This document shows positions 23,795 through 38,079 of a DNA stretch of 64,000 bases, piece after piece; within the stretch, counting starts at the first letter, position 1, and every line of letters begins with the position of its first letter. The stretch lies in assembly GCA_030390025.1 (NCBI GenBank), contig JASTWF010000336.1:310001-374000 (forward strand), given 5' to 3'. The notes below the pieces were generated by a model that made no database searches, had not been told where the DNA came from, and worked only from the letters and a program-made list of their open reading frames with translations. The position numbers and the translations under genes are program-made. This DNA is from Squalus acanthias (taxonomy: Eukaryota).

Positions 23795-24145
23795 ACATCT
23801 CAAAGCGCTTTACAGCCAATTAAGTATTATTTTGTTGAGTGGAGTCACTGTTGTAACGTGGGAGATGCGGCAGCCAATTTGCGCACAGCAATGTGATAAT
23901 GACCAGATCATCTGTTTTTGTTATATTGGTTGATGACTCCCCTGCTCTTTATCGGAATAGTGCCATGAGATCTTTTACATCCACCTGAGAGAGCAGAGGG
24001 GGCCTCGGTCTGAAAGACAGCACCTCCGACAGTGCAGCACTCCCTCAGCACAGCTCTGGAGTGTCAGCCGAGCTTTATGTGTTACGGTCCCTGGAGTGGG
24101 ACTTGAATCCACAACCTTCTGACTCAGAGGCGAGTGAGCCACAGC
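23795..24145 (-). mobile_element. tRNA-headed DeuSINE (SacSINE1-like)
   Basis: Reverse complement has ctctgagtcagaaggttgtgg-ttcaagtcccactccag (B box) and gagggagtgctgcactgtcggaggtgc...gatgtaaaagatc-catggcact, matching the Deu domain as recalled. Confidence 0.75.
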
Positions 24146-24203
24146 ATACACAGGCACCATAAATCAGTTCTGACCAGTGAGGGGTATATAAAAGTACCTC
24201 GGT

Positions 24204-24275
24204 TGCGATGGCCGGGAATCGAACCCGGGTCAACTGCTTGGAAGGCAGCTATGCTCACCACTATACCACCATCGC
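24204..24275 (-). tRNA. tRNA-Gly (TCC)
   Basis: GCGATGGTGGTATAGTGGTGAGCATAGCTGCCTTCCAAGCAGTTGACCCGGGTTCGATTCCCGGCCATCGCA. Full cloverleaf, intact A and B boxes, TTTT terminator about 10 nt downstream. Confidence 0.96.
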
Positions 24276-24580
24276 TCAGATGTTAATGTTTTTATATTTA
24301 CAGACTAACTACTTGTTTCAGATCCTAAGCGGGACAAATAAGATACTCAGCAATCATTTTAATCAGTACGTAAGCACTATACTGAGGCACCTTCCCTCCA
24401 ATTACAAATGGCCACTGTGAATAGTTAACTTGCTTCGACTGAACCGTCACCCCATTTAATATTTTAAAGCCCTTTATAGTTTAAAAACAGTTATACACAA
24501 AAAATAGTTGAAAATCAGGTTAATGGGAGGAGCAAATGGAGGATGATTGTGTTTTGTAAATTTTAGAGAAATGGCATTTA

Positions 24581-25990
24581 GAACATAAGAATATAAGAAA
24601 TTGGAGCAGGAGTCGGCCATTTGGCCCATCGAGCCTGCTCTGTCATGCAATAAGATCATGGCTGATCTTCTACCTCATCTCCACTTTCCTGAACTATCCC
24701 CATATCCCTTGATTCCCTTAATATTCAAACATCTATCAATCTTTGTCTTCAATATACTCATGAGAGAGCCTCCACAGCCCTCTTGGGTAGAGAATTCCAA
24801 AGATTCACCACCCTCTGAGTGAAGACATTTCTTCTCATCTCAATCCTAAATGGCCGACCCCTTATTCTGAGACTGTGACCCCTGGTTCTAGACTCCCCAG
24901 CCAGGGGAAGCATCCTCCCTGCATCTACCCTGTCAAGCCCTGTAAGAATGTTATACATTTCAATGAGATCACCCTTCATTCTTCTAAACTATAGAGAATA
25001 TAGGCCTAGTCTACTAAATCTTTCTCCCAATCCCAGGAGCAGTCTGGTGAACCTTCGTTGCACTCCATCTATGGCAAGTATATCCTTCCTTAGGTAAGGA
25101 GAACAAAACTGTAAACAATACTCCAGTTTCTGTCTCACCAGGGCCCTATATAATTGCAGTAAGACGTCTTTACTCTTATACTAATAAAGGCCAACAGCCC
25201 ATTTGCTTTCCTAATTGCTTGATGTACCTGCATGTTAACTTTCAGTGATTCGTGTACAAGAACACCCAGGTCCCTCTGAGCACCAACAGTTCCCAATCTC
25301 TCACCATTTAAAAAATACTCTGATTTTCTATTTTTCCTACCAAAGTGGATAACTTCACATTTCTCCACGCTATATTCCATTTGCCACGTTCTTGCCCGTT
25401 CACTTAACCTGTCTATATCCCCTTGAAGTCTCCTTGCATCCTCCTCACAACTTACATTCCCACCCAGATTTGTATCATCAGCAAACTTGGATATATTACG
25501 TTTGGTCCCCTCATCCAAATCATTGATGTAGATTGTGAATAGCTGAGGCCCAAGCACTGATCCTTGCAGTACCCCACTAGTTACAGCCTGCCAACCCGAA
25601 AATGACCAGTTTATTCCTACTCTGTTTTTTGTCTGTTAACCAATCCTCAATCCATGCTAGTATATTACCTCCAATTCCATGAGCCCTAACTTTGTTTAAT
25701 AACCTCTTGTGTCACACCTTATCGAATGTCTTCAGAAACTCCAAATACACCACATCCACTGGTTCCCCCTTATCTATTCTGCTGTTACAAACTCAAAATC
25801 TCTAACAGATTTGTCAAACACGATTTCCCTTTCATAAATCCGTGTTGACTCTGACCAATGCTATTATTATTTTCTAAGTGCCCTGTTACAACGTCCTTAA
25901 TTATAGATTCGAAAATTTTCCATGCTACTGATGTCAAGCTAACTAATCTGTAGTTCACCGTCTTCTCTCTCCCTCCTTTCTTAAACAGTA
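24581..25990 (-). mobile_element. Decayed 5'-truncated CR1 LINE
   Basis: RT remnants (LGPQLFTIYINDL, KFADD) and a 3' tail at 24581-24610. Confidence 0.92.
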
Positions 25991-26058
25991 CTGGAACATT
26001 TACTGGAAGGCACTAAACTCCGATAGTGTGACCTAAACTGTATTAACATGAGCTTGGT

Positions 26059-26131
26059 TGCGAAGCCACGAATCGAACCCGAATCAAGTCGCTCCGAAGG
26101 GCAGCTGTGTTCTCCACTGTACCACCATCGC
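26059..26131 (-). pseudogene. Degenerate tRNA-Gly pseudogene
   Basis: GCGATGGTGGTACAGTGG...GGTTCGATTC...CGCA aligns to 24204-24275, with disrupted anticodon, T and acceptor stems. Confidence 0.75.
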
Positions 26132-26374
26132 TCTAATTTTAAAATGTAAGCCTCTGTATTTACAGATCACACGCCATGGGTCTTTGGAGCGTCAGTCAGG
26201 ACGAGTAAAACACTTTGCAATCATCTTAATTTGAACGTAAACAAGGTGTTCAGGTTATTTCTCTCCAATTTAAAATAGTTGCTGATGAAGGGTTATCTTG
26301 TTGCACTACTGACTGGCGGCCAGGTGATGGCACCAAAGTCCAATGGTTTGGAGTGTGCGGATTGTGTTCCACAC

Positions 26375-26512
26375 ATTCAGAACGCAGTGAGTCTGGAGCT
26401 GCCCGGGGAGCTGGCCAAGCACGCCGTGTCGGAAGGGACAATGCCGGTGGCCATTGCAAATAAATTTCACAACGCACTGAAAAACCATAAAACAAAGCAA
26501 CGGCTCTTTTGA
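26375..26512 (+). pseudogene. Histone H2B 3' remnant
   Basis: [22 protein letters not shown] (compare [22 protein letters not shown]), followed by a broken stem-loop GGCTCTTTT. Confidence 0.8.
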
Positions 26513-26599
26513 GAGGAAAGCACAGCATTAATTTAATCGAATTATTAATTCCGACCATCGTCCTTTTTATAGAATCACAGAACGATTCAGTATTTCAGG

Positions 26600-26985
26600 G
26601 GTCCAAGGGGAGACTTGATTGAGGTGTATATGATGGGCCGAGATAGAGTGGATAGGTAGGACCCATTTCTCTTAGCAGAGAGGTCAATAACCAGGGGGCG
26701 GAGATTTAAAGTAATTGCCGGAAGGATTGGAGGAGAGTACAGAAGAATTTTTTAATCCCAATGGGTGGTTGGGGGTCTGGAACTCACTGCCTGAAAGGCT
26801 GGTCGAGGCAGAAACCCTCATCGCATTCAAAAAAGTACTTGTATATGCGGTTGAAGTGCCGTAAACTGCAAGGCTACGGAACAAGTTTTTGAAAGTGGGC
26901 TGAGGCTGGATAGATATTTTTTGGCTGACAGACACGATGGGCCGAATGGCCTCCTTCTGTGCCGTAAATTTCTACGAGTCTATGA
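26600..26985 (+). mobile_element. CR1 3' fragment
   Basis: Decayed GDLIEVY...TRG...WNSLPE remnants and a 3' UTR hairpin (ggccgaatggcc). Confidence 0.75.
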
Positions 26986-27191
26986 ATAAAGGCCATTCGG
27001 CCCATCGTACCTATGCTGATTTAAAACACCTCCACACTAAGATATAAATCTTGAGTAAAATATAGATTTACATCGAATACAATGTAAATGAACTATCTAT
27101 CCTCGTTCCCAGGTCACTGCTCTCTCTGTGAGGCGGTGGGTGGCTCTTAAAAGAGCCTTTGTGTTGTGTTTGGTGGAAAGAGTCGAGTGGT

Positions 27192-27512
<321 letters not shown>

Positions 27513-27876
27513 TCACTCAAATCGTCGCTAAATGAGAATCTCTCGCCTTGCAGCTTTATTTATACAGCCTGAGCGGACCTGGCTGAGAAAGGCAGACTGT
27601 GCGTCAGGTGGACGGGAGGGAATTTGAATGAGAGACTGAGCAGAGAGCGGGAAGGGAGGAGACAGATCCAGAGTGAAAGAGAGAAAGGGCTCTGAGCTTC
27701 CAGCAACCTCTCCAAGTTGAAGTTACAATCCTCTTTAAAATCTTCACCATACTTCACACAAATTCAGATAAATCCTGATAATCAAGAATTGATATTCCGG
27801 GATTTCTAGAAAAGCAATAGCCGGACAATATAATTAAAATTCATTAAATGTGTCCCGCTGCACTTCAAATCTATTA

Positions 27877-28243
27877 TAGAATCATAGACTGGTGACAGCG
27901 CAGTAGGAGGCCATTCGGCCCGTCGAGCCCGTGCCGGCTCTCTGCGAGATCACTTCAGCTCGTCCCACTCCCCCGCCCTTTCTCCGCAGCCCTGCAATTA
28001 TTTTCCTTCAGGTTCTTATCCAATTCCGTTTTGAAAGTTACGATTGAGTCTGCCTCCACCTCGCCGGCAGGCAGTACATTCCAGATCCTAACCACTCGCT
28101 GTGTAAAACAGTTTTTCCTCATGTCGCCTTTGGATCTTCTGCCAATCGCTTTAAATCTGTGTCCTCTGGTTCTCCACCCTTCCGCCAATGGGAACAGTTT
28201 CTCTCTATTACACTCTGTCTGGACCCCTCATGATTTTAAACAT
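27877..28243 (-). mobile_element. CR1 3' fragment
   Basis: TRGHRFK...FTQRVVRIWNVLP and a tail atagaatcatag. Confidence 0.8.
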
Positions 28244-29021
28244 TAAACACAATAATTACCATAGCATAATCAACCACAACCCCTACAGAACCATTCAAGG
28301 ACACTTTTAGTTCCCTGAATCCAGCTGACGAGGCGCCCAATAGTTCAATGAACTTACACCGGTGTTGAAGGCATCAGATGCCTTTCCCGGGTCTCAAATC
28401 TCCCCCAGTCTAACCCGGAGTGCGGCGTGGCGGCAGAGCCCGTGGAAATCGGACAATAAACAGACAACTTTTGGTCCGGGAAAATGCGCCAAATGCCGAT
28501 CTGAGCAGCTCTTGACCGGGGACTAGTCCTACAATGGATGTAACTGAAATTCAATGTGGGACTGGACAGATTCAGGGACCGGCTGGCCGGTGACAGGCCC
28601 AGTGTGGGTTCAATGAATTTAACTGGGATCAGTGTGGGACTGAATAGATTCGGGGATGGGATTGTGTTTGCAACAGTTACACAGAATATTGTTTAATTGT
28701 TTTCCGCCATCCTGTAGTTCACTTAGTTTGATCAGTAATGTGGTCGGACCAATTGGCGCTGGGATTCTGCCAATGCTGAATAGATTGGTGTCGCTTTACC
28801 TGCTCTTCCTGTACAGACTGGAACTTGTTTATAACCGGCACACTGAGGGCCATTACAGATCAGGAGACTCCCACTTAATCAGCAGGGATCTAATATATTT
28901 AATCAGAGGAGATAATTGTGATCAATGGATCATTTTCTTCAGACAGTAACAAGCCCTTTCTCAGATACAGTGGGTGGCTCTGAAAAGAGCCTTTGGGTTA
29001 TTAGATTGAATCTTGTCCGCT

Positions 29022-29468
<447 letters not shown>

Positions 29469-30195
29469 TTATACCATCTGGAGGAATGCAGGGAGTGAGC
29501 TTGTGATTGGTCGCTGTGGTGAATTTCATTGGTGTTTTCCGGTGACCAATCACAGTCTGCTTCTCCCGCCAATGAAAAGAGGGCGGAAATAACTGTCCTT
29601 CAGTCTGACCGCCAACGTATTTTTAATTTCAAAAAGCCCGCCAATATTTTCCGAAACGAGCGAATTAAGTTAATAAATTCACCATTAGCCAAAGAATTCC
29701 GAACATTTTTTTTTATTCCTTTTCTTATTCCATCTCTCCCTTGCTAATTCAAGGTTGTTACAATCAGGATTAATTTCGGGTTCAATTTCAAACGGGCGGG
29801 AAGCGATCCCCATTGATTCTGTAACAGGACACATTCCAGCTCAACCTCTGTAAAAGTGAGGTTTCACAGATTATCGATCGATCCTTTGCACAGGCGCTGC
29901 TGCGGGAGTGAAACCAGAACTGGGAGTCCTTCTGAGAAAAAAGAGGGACAGAGTGTTCAAACTGTCCCCGTTCTGGTCTCTGTAAGAAGTCCCATTCTGG
30001 ATTGACTCTCAACAGGCACTAAAAAACATTGAAAAGGTCTTGAACTACTGGAGCTTCAAACCTTCTCAAACACACTTGTCAAGAAAACAATAACAGTACA
30101 GCGATTCTAAACGGAGATGCATTTGTGTCGCTCTTTCAAAGAGGTTGTGGGTGGCTCTTAAAAGAGCCGTTTTGTTTTGAGGAGAGCGTGGAGTT

Positions 30196-30573
30196 TTACT
30201 TGGAGCTGGTGTATTTGGTCACCGCCTTTGTCCCTTCAGACACGGCGTGCTTGGCCAGCTCCCCGGGCAGCAGCAGGCGCACGGCGGTCTGGATCTCCCG
30301 GGAGCTGATGGTGTGCCGCTTGTTATAATGGGCCAGGCGGGAAGCCTCACCCGCGATGCGCTCGAAAATATCGTTCACAAACGAGTTCATGATGCTCATG
30401 GCCTTGGAGGAGATGCCGGTGTCGGGGTGAACCTGCTTCATCACTTTGTAGATGTAGATGGAGTAACTCTCCTTCCTCGACTTTCTGCGCTTCTTGCCGC
30501 CCTTCGCTGCTGGTTTAGTGACGGTTTTTTTGGCGCCCTTCTTGGCAACTGGTTTCTTCTTTTCGTCAACCAT
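30196..30573 (-). CDS. H2B: Histone H2B
   Basis: [16 protein letters not shown]...[26 protein letters not shown]...AVTKYTSSK. Stem-loop at 30153-30168. Confidence 0.97.
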   Translation of the reverse strand: MVDEKKKPVAKKGAKKTVTKPAAKGGKKRRKSRKESYSIYIYKVMKQVHPDTGISSKAMSIMNSFVNDIFERIAGEASRLAHYNKRHTISSREIQTAVRLLLPGELAKHAVSEGTKAVTKYTSSK

Positions 30574-30625
30574 TCTCAAACTCGATTTCAGACACAAAAT
30601 GACGCCAAATCACTCCGCGCTCGGA

Positions 30626-30760
30626 TTAAATAAGCAGCCCCCACAGCCCTATGCTAATGAGGGATTGGTGAAGGCAATGATTTTCATTGGCTGGTTAGGA
30701 GTGATGTCAAATTTCCATTGTTCTGCATCTCTCCGATTGGCTTCTTTATGTATCCAATCA
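30626..30760 (-). promoter_or_regulatory. H2B promoter: TATA-like box, octamer variant ATTAGCAT, CCAAT boxes
   Basis: TTATTTAA at 30626-30633(-), CTCATTAGCATAG around 30651-30658, ATTGG at 30664, 30686 and ~30736, CCAAT at 30754. Confidence 0.7.
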
Positions 30761-33700
30761 GACTTAGTGTTTGCCACCAGCGCGCCCTCTGCAGTCAGAA
30801 AAGTCATTCCAAGAGCAGAGAGAGCATCATCTCCCCATTTCCCAGACCATTATCCAGGGTCCCAAGCACTCCTTGCGGACGAGACAGCAATTTAGATGTA
30901 CTTCCTCCAACCAGTGCACTATCTTCACGCCTTGCGGTGTGGTCCCCGCCACATTAGTTCAGTATCTGTCAGTCTCCAGTACTGTGTGTGTGGGAATAGT
31001 TCTATATCACTCAGTCTCTGGTGATTTATGTCAGTGTGGGAATCATTCTCAATCTCAGTCTCTGTTACATTCTGAGAGTGTGGGATCCATTCGTTTCCTG
31101 TCCGTCACTGGTACCACGTCTCAGGGTGGGATTCCATCTGTATCCGTCAGACTCTGGTACCGTGTGTCAAGTGTTGGGATTCATCCTGAATCTGTCATTC
31201 TCTGGTAATATATGTCAGTGTCTGATTAGTTCTGAAGCTGTCTGTCTCTGGTACTGTATTTCAGCGACAGATTCCGCATGAATCTGCTACTCACTCGGTT
31301 TATGAATGTGGCATTCATACTGTATCTATCAGACTCTGGTACTTGATAGTTTGAGATTCATTCCATCTCTGCTAGTGAGTGTGGGTCTGAATCTATCTGT
31401 AAATCAATTGAACTGCATGTAATGGTGTACTCATTCTGTATCTGTCAGGGACTCTGATACTCTGTGTCAGTGTGAGAAAGATTCTCTGTCTGTCAGTCTA
31501 TGTTCTGTAGGTGTATGTTAGAGTAATTATATATCTGTCAATCTCTGGTGCTGTATGTGAAAGTGAGATTCATTCTGTACCAATCAGTCTTTAATGTGGG
31601 GTTAATTTTGTCTCTTTCATTTTCTGGTACTGTATACGAGTGTGTATTAATTCTGTGCCTGTCACCCTCTGATACTCTGTCATTCTCTCTCTCTCTGCCA
31701 ATCTGTGATAGTGTGTGTGAAATTGAGATTTATTCTATATCTATCAGTTCCTGGTATGGCATGTGAGTTTGGGATTTATTCTGTACCTGTCAGTCTCTGA
31801 TACTATATGTGAGAGTTAGTTTAATTCTGTCTCTGTCACTATCTGGAACTGTATGTGAGTGTGAGATTTATTCTGTATCTGTCAGTCTCTGATAATCTGT
31901 GTCAGTGTGGGATTGATTCTGTATTAGTCAGTGTCTGATACTCTATGTGACAGTGAGATACATTCTGTATCTGCCAGTCTCTGGTGTTATGTGTGAGATT
32001 CAGTTTCATTCTGTATCAGTCAGTCTTTAATACTCTGTATCAGAGTGGAATTCATTTTGTCTCTCTCATTTTCTGGTACTGTATGTGAGTGTGGGATTTA
32101 TTCTATGTCTGTCAGGCCCTGTCACTAAGTTAGCGTGAGATTCATTCTCTGTCTGTCAGTCTATGATTCTGCATGTGAGATTTAGATTAATTCAGTATCT
32201 GTCATTCTCTGGTGTTGTATGTAAGTGTGGGGTTCATTCTGCATCTGTCAGTCTCTGATATTGTATGTGAGAATGAGATGTATTCTATATCAGTCAGTTT
32301 CTGGCATGGCATGAGAATTTGGGAATCATTCTATATCTGTCAGTCTCTGATATCTTATGTGAGAAATAGATTAATTCTGGCTCTCTTAATCTCTGGTACC
32401 GTATGTGAGAGTGATATCCAATCTTTATCTCTCAGACTTTGATACTCTTTGTCAGCATGTGATTTATTCCATATCTGTCAGCCTATGATACTCTATGTGA
32501 GAGTTAGTTTAATTCAGTCTCTGTCACTATCTGGTACTGTATATGAGTGTGGGATTCATTCTGTACCTGTCTGTCTCTGATACTTTGTATTAGTGTGAGA
32601 TTCATTCTCTCTCTGTCAGTCTCTGGTACGCTATGTGAGAGTTAGATCCAATCTTTATCTCTCAGACTTTGATACTCTTTGTCAGTGTGTGGTTAATTCT
32701 GGATTTGTCGGTCTCTGGTACTGTATGTGACAATGAGGTGCGTTCATGTGAGAGTTAGATTAATTCAGTATCTATCAGTCCCTGGTGTTGTATGTAAGTG
32801 TGGGATTCATTCTGTATCTGTCAGTCTCTGATACTGTATGTGAGAGATAGATAAATTCTGGGTCTGTCAGTCTCTGATACTGTATGTGAGAGATAGATTA
32901 ATTCTGGGTCTGTCAGTCTCTGATACTGTATGTGAGAGATAGATTAATTCTGGGTCTGTCAGTCTCTGATACTGTATGTGAGAGATAGATTAATTCTGTA
33001 TCTGTCAGTCTCTGGTGCTCTATGTGAGATTTAGATTAATGTTCTGCCTCTCAGTCTCCGGTACTGTGTGCGAGAGTGAGAATCATTCTGTATGTCTGTC
33101 TCTGTATCTCTTGTCATTGTGTGATTGATTCTGTATTTGTGAGTGTCTAGTACTTTATATTCTCTGTCAGTCTCTGGATTATGTGTGAGAGTGAGATTCA
33201 TTCTGTACCAGTCAGTCTTTAATTATCAGTGCCAGTGTGGGATTCATTGTGTGTCTATCATTTTCTGGTACTGTATGGGAGTGTGGGATTCATTCTGTGT
33301 CTGTCACCCTCTGATACTCTGTGTCAGTGTGTGATTCAATCTGTACCTGTCAGTCTCAGGTACATGCATGTGGGTTTTACCCTGTACCTGTCAGTCTCTG
33401 ATGAGAGTGTGGGTTTTACTCTGTGACTGTCAGTTTCTGATATGTGAATTTTGGGTTTTATTCTGCCTCTTTCAATTTCTGTTCTGTGAGAGTGGGTTTT
33501 ATTCTGTATCTGTCAGTTTGTGGTTTGTGAATGTGGGTTTTAGTGTCTGTCTGTCTGTCTATCATATTGAATGCATTTTTTATTCTGTATCTATCAGTGT
33601 CTGATGTGAGAGTGTGTGATTTATGCTATAACTGGCTGTTTCTGATATGTGATTGTGAGTTTTACTCTGCATGAATCAGTCTCTGGTTTGTGAATGTGGG

Positions 33701-34647
33701 TTCTATTCTGTATCCATCGGTCTCTGGTATGCTAGTATTGGTTTTACTCAGTACCAGTCAGTTTCTGATACATGAGTGTGGGTTTTCCTTTCTACCTGTC
33801 AATTTCTGCTGTGGAAGAGAGGGTTTGCTCTGAATCTAAGTTCTGGTACATGAGTGTGGATTTTAGTCTTTATCTGTCAGTCTCTGCTATGTGAATGTCT
33901 TTTTCACTATCTTCTGTTTCTGGTATGCAAAGGTGGATTTTATTATGTACCTGTCAGCTTCTGGTATGCGAGTGTGGGTTTCTTCTGTATCAGTCAGTCA
34001 TTGGTGAGTGAGTGTGAGTTTATTCTGTATCTGTCAGTCTCTGATATCTGAGTGTGCATTTTTCTTTGTACCTGTCAGTGTCTGGCTTGTGAGGATGGGC
34101 TTTATTCTGCACCTTTTGGTTTCTTGTATGTGCGAGTGGGTTGTATTATGTACATTTTAGTTTCTGATATGTGTGCGAGGATTTGAATCAGTACCTGCTA
34201 GTTTCTGGGATGTGAATGTGAATATTACTCTGTATCTGTTAGTCTCTGGTGTGTGATTGTGGGACTTACTTTGTATCTGTCAATCTCTGGTGTGCGAGGG
34301 TGGGTTTTACTCTGTATCTGTCATACTCTGGGATGTTAGTGTGTGTTTTACTCTGTATATATCATACTCTGGGATGTGTGTGTGGGATTTACTCTGTATC
34401 TGTCATACTCTGGGATGTGAGTTTTAGATTTTACACTGTATCTGTCATACTTTGGGATGTGAGTGTGTGTTTTACTCTGTATCTGTCATACTCTTTGATG
34501 TGAATGTGGGTTTTACTCTGTATCTGCTATACTCTGGGATGTGTATGTGTGTTTTACTCTATATCTGCTATACTCTGGAATATGTGTGTGGGTTTTACTC
34601 TGTATCTGTTAGTCTTTTGTGTGCAAGGGTGGGTTTTACTCTGTATC

Positions 34648-35480
34648 TCATAGAGTCATAGATTTATACAGCACAGAAAGAGGCCCTTCAGCCCATCGTG
34701 TCCACACCGGCCATCAAGCCCTATCTATTCTAATCCCATTTTCCAGCACTTGGTCCGTAGCCTTGTATGCTATGGTGTTTCAAGTGCTCATCTAAATGCT
34801 TCTTGAATGTTGTGAGGGTTCCTGCCTCTACCACCCTTTCAGGCAGTGAGTTCCAGATTCCAAACACCCTCTGGGTGAAAACGTTTTTCCTCAAATCCCC
34901 TCTAAACCTCCTGCCCCTTACCTTGAAACTATGCCCCCTTGTTATTGACCCCTCTACTAAGTGGAAAAGTTCCTTTCTATCTACCCTATCTATGCCCCTC
35001 ATAATTTTGTACACCTCAAATCAGGTCCCCCATCAGCCTTCTCTGCTCTAAGGAAAACAACCCCAGCCTGTCCAGTCTCTCTTCATAGCTGAAACGCTCC
35101 AGCCCAGGTAACATCCTGGTGAATCTCCTCTGCACCCTCTCCAATGCAATCACATCCTTCCTATAGTGTGGTGACCAGAACTGCACACAGTATTCTAGCT
35201 GTGGCCTAATTAGCGTTTTGTACAGCTCCATCATAACCTCCCTGCTCTTACATTCTATGCCTCGGCTAATGAAGGCAAGTATCCCATATGCCTTTTTAAC
35301 CACCTTATCTACCTGTCCTGCTGCCTTCAGAGATCTATGTACATGCACACCAAGGTCCCTCTGATCCTCTGTCCTTCCTAGGGTCCTACCATTCATTGTG
35401 TATTCCCTTGCCTTCTTAGTCCTCCCAAAATGCATCACCTCACACTTTTCAGGGTTAAATTCCATTTGCCACTGTTCTGT
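34648..35480 (-). mobile_element. CR1 3' fragment within the satellite
   Basis: ORFs 35016-35552 and 34730-35014 encode the CR1 ORF2 C-terminus. Tail catagagtcatag. Confidence 0.9.
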
Positions 35481-35980
35481 TATTCTTTGGTGTGCGAGGG
35501 TGGGTTTTACTCTATATCTGTCAGTTTCTGGTATGGAAGAGTGGGTGGTCATTCTGTACCTGACAGTCTCTGTTGTGTGACTGTGGCTTTATTCTGTATC
35601 TGTGATGCTCGAGGGGCCGTATGGCCTACTCCTGCTTCTAATTCTTATGTCTCTGGGATGTGAGTGTGGGTTTCTGTCTGTAGTTCTCAGTTTCTGCCAC
35701 GTGTGTGTGTTTTACTCTGTACCTGTCTGTCTCTGGGATGTGAGTGTGGGTTTTTCTTTGTACCAGTCAGTGTCTGGTATGTGAGTGTGGGCTTTATTTT
35801 GTACCGGTTGGTTTGTGGTATGTGTATCTGTCAGTTTCTGTTATATGATTGAGGATTTTACTCTGTCCCTGACAGTCTCTGGTATGTGAGTGTGGATTTT
35901 CCTCTGTCCCTATTCAGAGGGATTTGAGTGTCCTTTTACATGAATTACAGAAAGTTAACATGCAGGTACAACAATCAATT

Positions 35981-36148
35981 AGAACATCAGAACATAAGAA
36001 ATAAGAGCAGGAGTCGGCCATTTGGCCCTTCGAGCCTGCTCCGCCATTCAATAAGATCATGGCTGATCTTCTACCTCATCTCCACTTTCCTGAACTATCC
36101 CCATATCCCTTGATTCCCTTAATATTGATAAGTCTATCGATCTCTGTA
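35981..36148 (-). mobile_element. Short CR1 3' end
   Basis: agaacataagaaataagagcaggagtcggccatttggccc 3' UTR and tail. Confidence 0.8.
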
Positions 36149-37320
36149 CATTGTTTGTGAGAGATAGATTAATTCTGGATCTCTCAGTCTCTGATAGTGT
36201 ATGTGACAGTTAGATTAATTCTGTAAATGACAATCTCTGATACTGTATGTGGGAGTGAGGTTAATTCTATATCTGTCAGTCTCTGGAGCTCTATGTGAGA
36301 TTTAGATTAATGCTGTGTCTCTCAGTCTCCGATACTGTGTCTGAGAGTGAGAATCATTCTGTATGTCTGTCTCTAATACTCTTGTCATTGTGTGATTGAT
36401 TCTATATTTGTCAGTTTCTGGTACTTTATGTGACAGTGAGGTACATTCTCGGTCAGTCTCTGGATTATGTGTGAGAGTGAGATTCATTCTGTACCAGTCA
36501 GTCTTTAATAATCTGTGACAGTGTGGGATTCATTGTGTCTATCATTTTCTGGTACTGTATGTGAGTGTGTGATTCTTCTGGATCAGTCAGTCACAGGTGA
36601 CTGAGTGTGAGTTTATTCTGTATCTGTCAGTCTCTGGTATCCGAGTGTGCGTTTTTCTTTGTACCTGTCAGTGTCTGGTTTGTGAGGATGGGCTTTATTC
36701 TGCACCTTTTGGTTTCTTGTATGTGCGAGTGGTTTGCATTATGTACCTTTTAGTTACTGTTATATGTGTGAGGATTGGAATCAGTACCTGCTAGTTTCTG
36801 GGATATGAGTGTCGGTTTTGCTCTGTATTTGCTATACTCTGGGATGTTTGTGTGGGTTTTAACCTGTAAATGTCATAATCTGGGATGTGTGTGGGTGTTT
36901 GACTCTGTATATGTCATACTCTGGGATGTGAGTTTGTGTTTTACTCTGTATCTGTCATAATCTGGGATGTGTGTGCGGGTTTTACTCTGTATCTGTTAGT
37001 CTTTGGTGTGTGAGGGTAGGATTTACTCTTTATCTGTCATACTCTGGGATGTGAGTGTGGGTTTTTCTCTGTAATTGTCAGTTTCTGCCATGTGTGTGTG
37101 TGTTTTATTCTGTATCTGTCTGTCTCTGGGATGTGAGTGTGGGTTTTTTTTGTATCAGTCAGTGTCTGGTATGTGAGTATGTGCTTTATTTTGTTCCTGT
37201 GGTTTCTGGTATGTGTGAGTGGGTTGCATTATGTATCTGCCAGTATCTGTTGTATGATTGAGGATTTTACTCTGTCCCTGACAGTCTCTGGTATGTGAGT
37301 GTGGGTTTCCCTCTGTCCCT

Positions 37321-38042
37321 ATTCAGAGGGATTTGAGTGTCCTTTTACAAGAATCGCAGGAAGTTAACATGCAGGTACAACAATCAATTGGGAAGGTAAA
37401 TGGTACATTAGCCTTTATGGCAAAGGGGTTGCTGTAAACGAATAAGTAAGTATTGCTGGAATTACATAGGCCTTTGGTTATACCATAACTTGAGTACTTT
37501 GTACATTTTGTTCTCCTTATATAAGGAAGGTTATACTAGGTTTAGAGGGTGCAACAAATGTTCACCAGATTGATTCCTGGGATGAGAGGGCTGTCCTATG
37601 AGGAGAGATTGAGTAAAATGCGCCTATATTGTCTGGAGTTTAGAAGAATGAGAGGTGATCTCATTGAAACATTTCAAATTCTTCGTAGTTTGACAGAGGT
37701 AGATGCTGCGAGGCTGTTTCCCCTGGCAGGAAAGTCTAGAACTAGGGGTCATCGTCCCACAATAAGGCATCGGCCAATTAGGATTGAGATGATGAGAAAT
37801 GTATTCACTCAGTGGGTTGTGAATCTTTGGAATTCTCTACCCCAGAGGGCTGTGGAAGCTCAGTCGATGAGTGTATTCAAGACTGAGATCGATAGAATTT
37901 TGGGCACTAAGGGAATCAAGGGATATCGGGAGAGGGTGGGATATTGGAGTTGTGGTTGAAGTTCAGACATGATCTTAGTGAATGGCGGAGCAGCTTGAGG
38001 GGCTGTTTGACCTATTCCTGCTCCTATTTCTTATTTTCTTAT
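37321..38042 (+). mobile_element. CR1 3' fragment
   Basis: FTRLIPGMRGLSYEERL...VVNLWNSLPQ plus 3' UTR. Confidence 0.88.
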
Positions 38043-38079
38043 AGCTGACAGTTTCAAGGATGTGAATGTGAGTTTCACT

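Noticed and set aside
31021..37261. Many short Cys/Val/Ser-rich ORFs
   Set aside because: They are translations of the TG-rich satellite.
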